The notes under the pieces: generated by a model
The model's database searches: none
What the model was told of the DNA's origin: nothing
The model's input: the letters and a program-made list of their open reading frames with translations, nothing else
Program-made: the position numbers and the translations under genes
From: a virus
Length of the DNA stretch: 64,000 nt
Virus record (IMG/VR): IMGVR_UViG_2850037723_000002
Coordinates: 22,211-86,210 of that record
Direction: 5' to 3' (one strand)
Shown here: positions 56,969 to 64,000 of the stretch, piece after piece
How the letters are laid out: every line of letters starts with the position of its first letter
Position numbering within the stretch: position 1 is the first letter of the stretch

Positions 56969-57852
56969 GATGCCCTCCTTTTGCCCTCGCGCACGCGCGC
57001 AGCGTCATACTCGGGGGTTTGTTCATGGGCTTGCAGCCCAAACCCGCCCAAGGACGGGGTCCTTGGAACCCCTGCACCGGCTTCGCCGGCGCCGTAACCA
57101 TGCGGAAGCCGATCACATTGCTGATCCGGTAGCGAGGAAATCGAAGCGGTGCTTACTTCTTCTTCGGAAAATGGGATTTCGGAATCGGCGAACGCTCGAT
57201 CGTTGTTTGGCGCTGAACTCGCGTCTTGGTTATTCTCAATAGATATGTCGGTAGTGGGGCTTCCCCATTGTTGCTTCAAAATCGGGGAAGTGGGGCCTCC
57301 CCATTTTTCATCGATCGCATTCAGGAACAGGTGCTCCTCGTGCTGCGCGTTGGTTGGCTGAGGTGAGAAAATCTCAGCTACAGCCGGAGCATACCGCCGC
57401 CGGCGATCGTTGAGTTTCTCGTATCCCTTCCGGCGAGCGTCCGCTGATATCTTAATTTGGCGCGGCTTTCTCCCAGCATCTTTCGAGCCATCGCGATCGG
57501 CCAGGGCGTCCTTTGCCCACTGGACGCTCACGTAATAGACGTTGGCGTTCCGCTTCACCGGCCGCCCACATAGATCTTCGATTTCGTCCTGGTTCTTGCG
57601 TGGCAGATCAGCAAAACGGACGGGGTGAACCGCGCCGAGCTTGTGAAGGAAGTTCAAGAGCTCCTTGATATTCCGCACCGAGCACCCGTGGACACGTGCC
57701 ATTTCTCGTTGGCTGGTCCAGCAGAAGTAAGACTTCGAATTCGCCTTGTGGACGATGTAGCTGAGGAGGTTGAGGTGGGAACGGTGATGGCGAAGCTCAG
57801 CGCATTCGAACATGCCGTCCCGAAAAGTGTCCTTCCAATTGGGCTTGGTCAT
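56965..57852 (-). CDS. Putative replication initiator (wHTH)
   Basis: CWTSQREMARVHGCSVRNIKELLNFLHKLG...NVYY; internal repeats. Confidence 0.7.
   Translation of the reverse strand: MTKPNWKDTFRDGMFECAELRHHRSHLNLLSYIVHKANSKSYFCWTSQREMARVHGCSVRNIKELLNFLHKLGAVHPVRFADLPRKNQDEIEDLCGRPVKRNANVYYVSVQWAKDALADRDGSKDAGRKPRQIKISADARRKGYEKLNDRRRRYAPAVAEIFSPQPTNAQHEEHLFLNAIDEKWGGPTSPILKQQWGSPTTDISIENNQDASSAPNNDRAFADSEIPFSEEEVSTASISSLPDQQCDRLPHGYGAGEAGAGVPRTPSLGGFGLQAHEQTPEYDAARVREGKRRAS
57253..57305. repeat. Two 17-bp direct repeats with internal dyad, putative origin iterons
   Basis: AGTGGGGCTTCCCCATT (57253) and AGTGGGGCCTCCCCATT (57289). Confidence 0.6.
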
Positions 57853-58043
57853 GAGAGGGCCCTCCGGACTGTCCGCATCTGGCGGGCCAATTCGAGGGCC
57901 TCTGCGGCCTGAACAGCCGACAAGCCAAAGCGACCTTTCACAATAGAAACAACAGCGCCGAACGCTTCGCCTCTGCTCTCCGCTAGCCATTGAGCTGCGC
58001 GGATCACATCTTCGGTGGTTTGGATGTTGCGGGGCTGGGTCAT
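57849..58043 (-). CDS. Small hypothetical phage protein
   Basis: AAQWLA...VKGRFGLSAVQAAEA; ATGA overlaps. Confidence 0.6.
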   Translation of the reverse strand: MTQPRNIQTTEDVIRAAQWLAESRGEAFGAVVSIVKGRFGLSAVQAAEALELARQMRTVRRALS

Positions 58044-58288
58044 GGCGCCACCTGGCGACTCAAGTAAGCCTGCCGAACCTGCATCCAGGAAGCGGTGTTG
58101 ACGCTGCCATCGCTGATCATCTCAAGCTTTGCGATGATGGTGATTGGCGGTTCACGTTCACCCGTCTCATATCTCTGCCAGGTACGAGATGGGTTTTTTC
58201 CAGCAATGCCAAGCATCGAAGCGATGCCCGCCATTGTCATTTTTCGGTTTTGTCGCCAACGGCGCGGAGTGGATGGGGTATTTGTCAT
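58040..58288 (-). CDS. Cro-like XRE repressor
   Basis: WRQNRKMTMAGIASMLG...TWQRYETGEREP; divergent from cI. Confidence 0.8.
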   Translation of the reverse strand: MTNTPSTPRRWRQNRKMTMAGIASMLGIAGKNPSRTWQRYETGEREPPITIIAKLEMISDGSVNTASWMQVRQAYLSRQVAP

Positions 58289-58299
58289 AGCGCCCTTAG

Positions 58300-58385
58300 T
58301 AAGCCACATCGGCTAATTCGTTGTCAACGAAAAGTTAGCCATATTGGTTATGTCTTTTGAAAGAAGAGTAAGCCATATTGGCTTC
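58300..58385. promoter_or_regulatory. Three operators and the cro promoter of prophage 2
   Basis: 17-bp dyads close to TWAGCC-N5-GGCTWA at 58300, 58335 and 58369; TTGACA on the minus strand at 58327-58322. Confidence 0.8.
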
Positions 58386-58386
58386 C

Positions 58387-59028
58387 ATGAGCACGCACCC
58401 GAATAACATCGCCGAAATCCGCCGCAAGAAGAAAATAACGCAACAACAGTTGGCGGATCGCCTTGGAGTCCATGTCATCACCGTAAGCAAACTTGAGCGC
58501 GGTGTTATGCAGCTCACAGGGAGCTGGCTTGAGCGACTGGCCCAAGCTCTCGAAACTTCCCAAATGGAGTTATGGGGAGGCTTCAAACTTCTCAGCATGG
58601 ATGCAAGCGGGCGTCTTCACCAGGGGGAAAAGATCGAAGTGGTCGATCCATCCGAAAATAGCTTCAGTGCTTTCAGGAATCCTCTTGGAGAGCCGGACGC
58701 AAAGTGGTTACACGTTCAGGACAACACTCTTCTGCCGTTTTTTGGCGAAGGCGACCTAGTTCAGTTCAGCCTCATGGGCGAGCGCGAGCTCGAGGCGGCC
58801 GAGTATCTCGAAGGCCGTCTTTGCATGTACAACGTGACCGGTAGCCAAGACCTCCAGTTGGGCATCGTCGGCAAAAAGCACTCGGTCTCGGAATTCGACA
58901 TCAGGTCAATGAACGGGCGGGTTATGAAGAACGTAGCGATCGACTTTATGTGGTTTTTCAGCGGTTATCTATCGAACTTAGGCATCGTCGCGCACTTCGA
59001 TACGTCGAAGCTCGGAGAGAAAACTTAG
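58387..59028 (+). CDS. CI-like repressor (XRE HTH + degenerate S24-like domain)
   Basis: NNIAEIRRKKKITQQQLADRLGVHVITVSKLERG HTH; VQDNTLLP..EGDLV resembles the S24 motif but lacks the Ser. Confidence 0.85.
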   Translation: MSTHPNNIAEIRRKKKITQQQLADRLGVHVITVSKLERGVMQLTGSWLERLAQALETSQMELWGGFKLLSMDASGRLHQGEKIEVVDPSENSFSAFRNPLGEPDAKWLHVQDNTLLPFFGEGDLVQFSLMGERELEAAEYLEGRLCMYNVTGSQDLQLGIVGKKHSVSEFDIRSMNGRVMKNVAIDFMWFFSGYLSNLGIVAHFDTSKLGEKT

Positions 59029-59076
59029 CCACTGCGGCTTATTTCTCGTTGACAGCATGTTAGCCGTTATGGCTTA
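59025..59076. promoter_or_regulatory. Two operators and the early promoter of prophage 2
   Basis: TTAGCCACTGCGGCTTA (59025) and TTAGCCGTTATGGCTTA (59060); CGTTGACA-N5-operator layout identical to the cro promoter. Confidence 0.8.
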
Positions 59077-59103
59077 GTATCTCCATCAACCGATGGAGCG
59101 ACC

Positions 59104-59451
59104 ATGCTTGACGCGAACACCCACCAGAAGATCGTAGACGCCATTGTCGATTGCCCGCCCGAACTGGTCGGGAATATCCCGGCCGTAATGGCGAAGCTGA
59201 AAGCCGACTTCCCCGACGCATCCGAAGACGAGATCTTCGCTTGTTTTGAAGATGCGGTGGTTGCACTCGAAGAGCGCGCCGAGCAGAACATGCGCGAAGC
59301 TGCCGCTCTTCGTGACCTATCGCCACTCTTCGAAGGCTTTCCGGAAAATACGCCTATCGGCGAGTGCGCCCGCATCAAAGCCGAGCGCGGCGATCCTCTC
59401 GCAATCGCCTTCCTGAAATGGGAAGTTAAGCAGGCTGGGGGCGTCCAATGA
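59104..59451 (+). CDS. Hypothetical early protein
   Basis: GGAG RBS; first gene of the early operon. Confidence 0.65.
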   Translation: MLDANTHQKIVDAIVDCPPELVGNIPAVMAKLKADFPDASEDEIFACFEDAVVALEERAEQNMREAAALRDLSPLFEGFPENTPIGECARIKAERGDPLAIAFLKWEVKQAGGVQ

Positions 59452-60167
59452 ACATGCTCGCTCCACGCCACGAGACCATGACCAGCCAGGAGATTGCCGA
59501 TCTCCTCGAGAAGCGACACGACAAGGTTAAGCAATCGATCGAGCGCCTTGCCGAACGCGGCATAATCCAACATCCCCCATTGGGGGAAGTTAAGAACCAT
59601 CTCGGCCAAACCGTAGAAGTCTATCAGGTCAAAGAGCGTGACAGCTACGTCGTCGTTGCGCAGCTCTCACCAGAGTTCACGGCTCGGCTCGTCGACTACT
59701 GGCAGGCTCACAAAAACCAGGTCACGCAAATCCCGACGACCGCAGAGGCCTTCGCGCAGGCCTTTCGGATGCTTGCCGACGCGGAACAGCGAGAAGTGCA
59801 GCGCGAACAGCGCCTCAATTTGATTGACGCCAAGGTGGAGCGGATTGAAGCCGCCCAGATCGTTCTCAGCGCCCGCCCTGCCAATTCCGAGAGCATTGTC
59901 CACATCCGGAAGCGTATTTGGCAGCTTTATGGCCTCTCGGACGCAACGATTGACGCAGTTATGCGCCAGTCGCCCTATGCCCCGAAACCGGCTGGCATGG
60001 TTAAAAACGAGCACGCTGAAGCCGAAGGTGCCGCATATGCCGTCTACTGGAAGAAGGACGTCACTGCGACGTTCGAACGCTTCGTTGCTGAGTGCCGACA
60101 CTCCGCCGGTAAACTCTACACCCATCCCTACATCGAAGGCCGGTTCAAGCTGATCAAGCACGAATAG
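59448..60167 (+). CDS. Rha-family phage regulatory protein
   Basis: TMTSQEIADLLEKRHDKVKQSIERL...RDSYVVVAQLSPEFTARLVDYWQ. Confidence 0.85.
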   Translation: MNMLAPRHETMTSQEIADLLEKRHDKVKQSIERLAERGIIQHPPLGEVKNHLGQTVEVYQVKERDSYVVVAQLSPEFTARLVDYWQAHKNQVTQIPTTAEAFAQAFRMLADAEQREVQREQRLNLIDAKVERIEAAQIVLSARPANSESIVHIRKRIWQLYGLSDATIDAVMRQSPYAPKPAGMVKNEHAEAEGAAYAVYWKKDVTATFERFVAECRHSAGKLYTHPYIEGRFKLIKHE

Positions 60168-60212
60168 CCGCCGGCTTCCCGCAAAACACCACCCTCAATA
60201 TTGGAGATTGAA

Positions 60213-60716
60213 ATGCCGAACACACCAGTTCAGGCAGCCACCGAAGGCTTGCCGATCGCAGAAACGATGTCTCGTGATCCATTGACCCCACGAGGCCGCA
60301 TCTCATGTGACATAGACATGGCCGAGCTTCGAAAAATGGGCATGAAGGAGCTACGCGACCTCCGAAACGTTCTCTACACGGTGGCCGAGGTAGTTTCCGG
60401 CTTTTCGTGCCAGCCCCGCTTTTCGACCGAGGAGGGCAACACCTACAACGCCGCGGGTAATGTCCTTGCGGTTATATGCGACTTTTTGAGCAGCTACGAG
60501 CAAGCCATCGTTAATGTCTCGATAGCTGCCAAACCAACGGCATCGAGCGAAGTGGGATGGCGTGGCTGGACGATCCTGAGCTTCGAGGCGGATTGCGCCG
60601 AAGACCTCGCGCCCTTCGCAGTGAAGGCCGCCGAATTTGTGAGAGATGAAGCCGAGGCCAGATCGCGAGAAGCACGGCGACCGGCGGTGGCGTCTGCCAG
60701 GGAGGTAGCACAATGA
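60213..60716 (+). CDS. Hypothetical early protein
   Basis: GGAG RBS; MPNTPVQAATEGLP start. Confidence 0.6.
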   Translation: MPNTPVQAATEGLPIAETMSRDPLTPRGRISCDIDMAELRKMGMKELRDLRNVLYTVAEVVSGFSCQPRFSTEEGNTYNAAGNVLAVICDFLSSYEQAIVNVSIAAKPTASSEVGWRGWTILSFEADCAEDLAPFAVKAAEFVRDEAEARSREARRPAVASAREVAQ

Positions 60717-61162
60717 GCCTCTCCAGACGGACAATCCTCGGCGCTATGGCAACGGCTGCCGCTCCGATCAAGCTTACTTCGGCTTCCGTAGCTACTGCGT
60801 CCACGTTAGACGAGCGCATCACGGCTGCGAAGGAGGAGCTTATCGCCTGCCTCAGTGAACGCTATGGCGCCTCCCCTACGGTTGTTGACTACGATCGTTT
60901 CATTAGCGTCTTCGTACCGCGGCCGCCGGAGTCGGTGGAGTACTCCGGCCCAGGCTTCTACAAAGTAGAAGGGAAAAGGCCGGACGGCCGCACATGGTGC
61001 ACGACCCTCTGGCTGGAGCGCGTCGACTACAAAACCGTGCCGGGCTTCTACTACCGGGCTGAGAGCTGGTGGCGCGGGCGGCTGGAAAAAACGATTCGAA
61101 TTCAACCGGGCAAGATCAGAATCATCCGCAAGGACGATGATTACAGCGGAGGAACGGCATGA
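60713..61162 (+). CDS. Hypothetical protein with Tat-like N-terminus
   Basis: MSLSRRTILGAMATAAAP; coupled ORF. Confidence 0.6.
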   Translation: MSLSRRTILGAMATAAAPIKLTSASVATASTLDERITAAKEELIACLSERYGASPTVVDYDRFISVFVPRPPESVEYSGPGFYKVEGKRPDGRTWCTTLWLERVDYKTVPGFYYRAESWWRGRLEKTIRIQPGKIRIIRKDDDYSGGTA

Positions 61163-61308
61163 CCGAAATTTCTCCGCCTCACACCCCGGACAGTCCACTG
61201 GTGGCGCTCGTTAAGGCTCTCGCTGTTCGGCAGGCAAGGCTTGACGCAAGCCCACCGCGACCCGCTAATGAGAACGAGCCAGACAGGGGCAACGCGAGAC
61301 AGCAATGA
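61159..61308 (+). CDS. 49-aa protein coupled to the LSR; candidate recombination directionality factor
   Basis: Hand-translated MTEISPPHTPDSPLVALVKALAVRQARLDASPPRPANENEPDRGNARQQ; GGAGG RBS; ATGA overlaps at both ends; homologous to 20925-21086. Confidence 0.72.
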   Translation: MTEISPPHTPDSPLVALVKALAVRQARLDASPPRPANENEPDRGNARQQ

Positions 61309-62906
61309 ACCGAGCCGTCATATACGCCAGATACTCCACCGATCTTCAGAACGATCAATCGGTGGAGGACCAGATCAAACTTTGCAGGGCCCATGCCGAG
61401 AGGCTGGGCCTTCTTGTCGTTGGAGAGTTCTATGATCGCGCGAAGTCTGGCGCATCGATGTTTGGCCGGCCAGGACTTGCAAATCTGATGCAAGCGGTTG
61501 AACGCGACGAGTTCGAGGTCCTCTTGTCTGAGGCCCCCGATCGTATCTCTCGCGATATCGCAGACCTTGCCCACATCCATAAGATGCTCAAGTTCCGCGG
61601 GATCGAGATGAACTGCGTCAACGGCGGCGCGATGGATACCGTTCAGATCGGCATGTATGGCGTTATAGGCCAGATGCAGCGCGAGGAGGGTGCCAAGAAA
61701 GTTAAGCGCGGCATGGCGGGAGTAGTCCGCTCCGGACGCAACGCCGGCGGCAAGGCATATGGCTATCGACCGGTGATCGGCAAGAAGGGCGAGCTCGAAA
61801 TTGTCGACGAAGAAGCCGTCGTCGTGCGCCGCATATTCAACCTTTATGCTGGTGGCGTTGCTCCAAGATCGATCGCAGCGATCCTAAATGGCGAAAACGT
61901 CCCAGCTCCTCGTGGAGACCGCTGGAACGCCTCGACGATCAACGGCAACGGTCAGCGGGGCAACGGAATTCTTCGTAACCCGATCTATGCTGGCCGGATC
62001 GTCTGGAATCGTGTCCGGATGATCAAGGACCCGTCGACAGGCCGACGCATCTCTCGCGTGAATCCAGAGAGCGAGCATGAAGAGATTGCCGCTCCTCACC
62101 TGCAAATCGTGAATGAGGATCTCTTCCAGGCCGTGCAACAGCGGAAGGAAGCGACCGGCGGCGCTGATCGGGCAAAAGCCCCAAGATCCAAACGAATTTT
62201 ATCCGGCCTGCTGCGCTGTGGCGCATGTGGCGGAGGGATGGCGCTCGTCGGTCCTGATCGAAGCGGAAACCGCATCCAATGCAGCACATTCCGCGAATCC
62301 GGCAGCTGCGGCAACGGGCGCCGCTACTATGTAGAGCGCATAGAGACCGAGGTGGTCGACAGCCTCCGGCGACAGTTCGCGGATACGAGCATCATTGAGG
62401 CATACGTAGAGGCTTATCAGGCAGAGCAGAAGCGATTGCGCGGCGATGCCCAGAGAGCACGCGCGAACGCACAGCGCGCCATGCAGGACGCCAAGGACGG
62501 CATCACCAAGATTGTTGAGAAAATTTCGAAGGGTCTCATTGAGGACGAAGAGGCTGCTGCTCTCCTGGCACCGCTGCGGGCGGAGCGCGATCGGCAAAAA
62601 GCAATTCTCGAGACAACCGAAGAGCCGCCAAACGTGATCGAAATTCAGCCGAAGGCCGTGAAGCGTTTCCGCGAGAATATCGAAAGCCTGGCTCAGATCG
62701 TCAGGGAGCAGGATGGAGAGCCGTCGCCAGAAATCGCCGCCCCGTTCCGGCAGCTCGTGGCAGCCGTGGTCGTCAATCCGACAGAAAAAGGGCAACCCTA
62801 CGAAATCAACATCAAGGGCTACCTATCGAGCCTTATTGATTCCGAATTGTCGGTGATAAAGCTGGTAGCGGAGGAGGGATTCGAACCCCCGACACAAGGA
62901 TTATGA
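61305..62906 (+). CDS. Large serine recombinase of prophage 2 (last codons read antisense through tRNA-Met)
   Basis: IYARYST, DRISR, AYGY, ILSGLLRCGACGG; collinear with 21083-22813. Confidence 0.95.
   Translation: MNRAVIYARYSTDLQNDQSVEDQIKLCRAHAERLGLLVVGEFYDRAKSGASMFGRPGLANLMQAVERDEFEVLLSEAPDRISRDIADLAHIHKMLKFRGIEMNCVNGGAMDTVQIGMYGVIGQMQREEGAKKVKRGMAGVVRSGRNAGGKAYGYRPVIGKKGELEIVDEEAVVVRRIFNLYAGGVAPRSIAAILNGENVPAPRGDRWNASTINGNGQRGNGILRNPIYAGRIVWNRVRMIKDPSTGRRISRVNPESEHEEIAAPHLQIVNEDLFQAVQQRKEATGGADRAKAPRSKRILSGLLRCGACGGGMALVGPDRSGNRIQCSTFRESGSCGNGRRYYVERIETEVVDSLRRQFADTSIIEAYVEAYQAEQKRLRGDAQRARANAQRAMQDAKDGITKIVEKISKGLIEDEEAAALLAPLRAERDRQKAILETTEEPPNVIEIQPKAVKRFRENIESLAQIVREQDGEPSPEIAAPFRQLVAAVVVNPTEKGQPYEINIKGYLSSLIDSELSVIKLVAEEGFEPPTQGL
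62849..62874. repeat. Right att junction of prophage 2 (phage arm + 12-bp core = tRNA 3' end)
   Basis: GTCGGTGATA arm and TGGTAGCGGAGG core. Confidence 0.9.
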
Positions 62907-62939
62907 TTCCTCTGCTCTAACCTACTGAGCTACTCCGCC
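62863..62939 (-). tRNA. tRNA-Met (CAT), probably elongator
   Basis: GGCGGAGTAGCTCAGTAGGTTAGAGCAGAGGAATCATAATCCTTGTGTCGGGGGTTCGAATCCCTCCTCCGCTACCA; cloverleaf, TTCGA T-loop, encoded CCA. Confidence 0.96.
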
Positions 62940-63074
62940 GCCGGTGCCGTAAACGCTTCTCTGGCGAAGCCCGTCTCGGCTGGACGGGCGGCTTATAAGG
63001 TGCTGTTCCGGCTAGTGTCAAGCAATGTATTGGGGAAAATGTGAACTTTTCGCGTCGCGTCCGTTCGCATCCTC

Positions 63075-64000
63075 TCAGGCCGCCGCCGGCGTCTCCAGCA
63101 GCGCTTTCAGCGCGGCCTCCGCGGTCGGCTCGCGCTCGGATTTGCGGATGAAGCCGCCGCCATAGACGCGGGCATCCTCGCCGGGCGCCGAATAGAGCGC
63201 GCAGGCCTGACCGGGCGCAACCCCCGCCTCACCATCGACGAGCTCGACATAGACTCCATCGGCATCGCGGTTCAGAACTGCGGGCGCCGGCTGCCGGGTG
63301 GAGCGCACCTTCGCGAAGCATTCGAAGCTCCGGGTAGCCGCCTCGTCGAGTTCCTCGTCGCCGAGCCAGTTGACGTCGCGCAGGTAAACGCGGCGCGTCT
63401 CAAGGGCCTCCTTGGGGCCGACGATGACGCGGCGCGAGCGGGCGTCGAGGTAAACGACATAGAGTGGCTCGCCGGTCGCGACCCCGATGCCGCGCCGCTG
63501 GCCGATGGTGTAGTGCAGGATGCCCTCGTGCGTGCCGAGCACGCGCCCGTCGAGATGGACGATCTCGCCGGCGAGCGCCGCATTAGGCTTCAGCTTCGAG
63601 ACGATGTCGCTATATTTGCCCTGCGGCACGAAGCAGATGTCCTGGCTGTCGGCCTTCTTGGCGACGACGAGGCCCATCTCTTCGGCAAGCGCCCGCGTCT
63701 CGGTCTTGGGAAGACCGCCAAGCGGAAAGCGCAGGTAATCGATCTGCTCCTGTGTGGTCGCGAAGAGGAAATAGCTCTGGTCGCGTTCCGCGTCCGCCGG
63801 CCGGTAGAGCGCGCGCTGACCGGCATAGCGCGGGTTAGGGCTCGGCCGCGAACGGATATAGTGACCTGTTGCGAGCGCATCGGCGCCGAGCTCCTTGGCG
63901 GTCGCGAGCAGATCCGCGAATTTGACCGTTTGGTTGCACGCCACACAGGGGATCGGCGTTTCGCCGGCGACATAGCTTTCGGCGAAGGGATTGATCACCG
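63075..64000 (-). CDS. mnmA: tRNA 2-thiouridine(34) synthase MnmA (5' part outside the window)
   Basis: [39 protein letters not shown] and VAPGQAC motifs. Confidence 0.96.
   Translation of the reverse strand, partial: VINPFAESYVAGETPIPCVACNQTVKFADLLATAKELGADALATGHYIRSRPSPNPRYAGQRALYRPADAERDQSYFLFATTQEQIDYLRFPLGGLPKTETRALAEEMGLVVAKKADSQDICFVPQGKYSDIVSKLKPNAALAGEIVHLDGRVLGTHEGILHYTIGQRRGIGVATGEPLYVVYLDARSRRVIVGPKEALETRRVYLRDVNWLGDEELDEAATRSFECFAKVRSTRQPAPAVLNRDADGVYVELVDGEAGVAPGQACALYSAPGEDARVYGGGFIRKSEREPTAEAALKALLETPAAA

Larger units (their letters stand above)
22651..62874. mobile_element. Prophage 2, podophage-like, about 40.2 kb, apparently complete
   Basis: Bounded by 12-bp direct repeats; cargo-lysis-tail/ejection-head-terminase-replication-immunity-early-LSR modules; no tail tube or tape measure gene seen. 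Confidence 0.92.

Overview
High-GC alphaproteobacterial (Rhizobiaceae-like) chromosome segment holding two unrelated prophages stacked in tandem at the 3' end of a tRNA-Met(CAT) gene (62863-62939, minus strand) next to host mnmA. Prophage 1 (<1-22652, left end outside the window) is a lambda-like siphophage with a cos site, gpA/Nu1-type terminase, a NusG paralogue, two DNA methyltransferases, cI/cro and a large serine recombinase (LSR). Prophage 2 (22651-62874, about 40.2 kb, apparently complete) is a podophage-like element with its own LSR and about 9 kb of cargo: excisionase-like genes, a HEPN protein, a vanadium haloperoxidase, a Cys-rich secreted protein and a Panacea toxin-antitoxin-like pair. 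The most striking system is the integration module. In both phages the att core (TGGTAGCGGAGG, the tRNA 3' end) lies inside the LSR coding sequence and ends at the codon 523/524 junction, so integration swaps the integrase C-terminus. A 50-bp attP with terminal inverted repeats can be rebuilt from the two junctions. A conserved ~50-aa ORF (candidate directionality factor) is coupled to each LSR. All product calls come from motif recognition and gene order by eye; no database searches were run.
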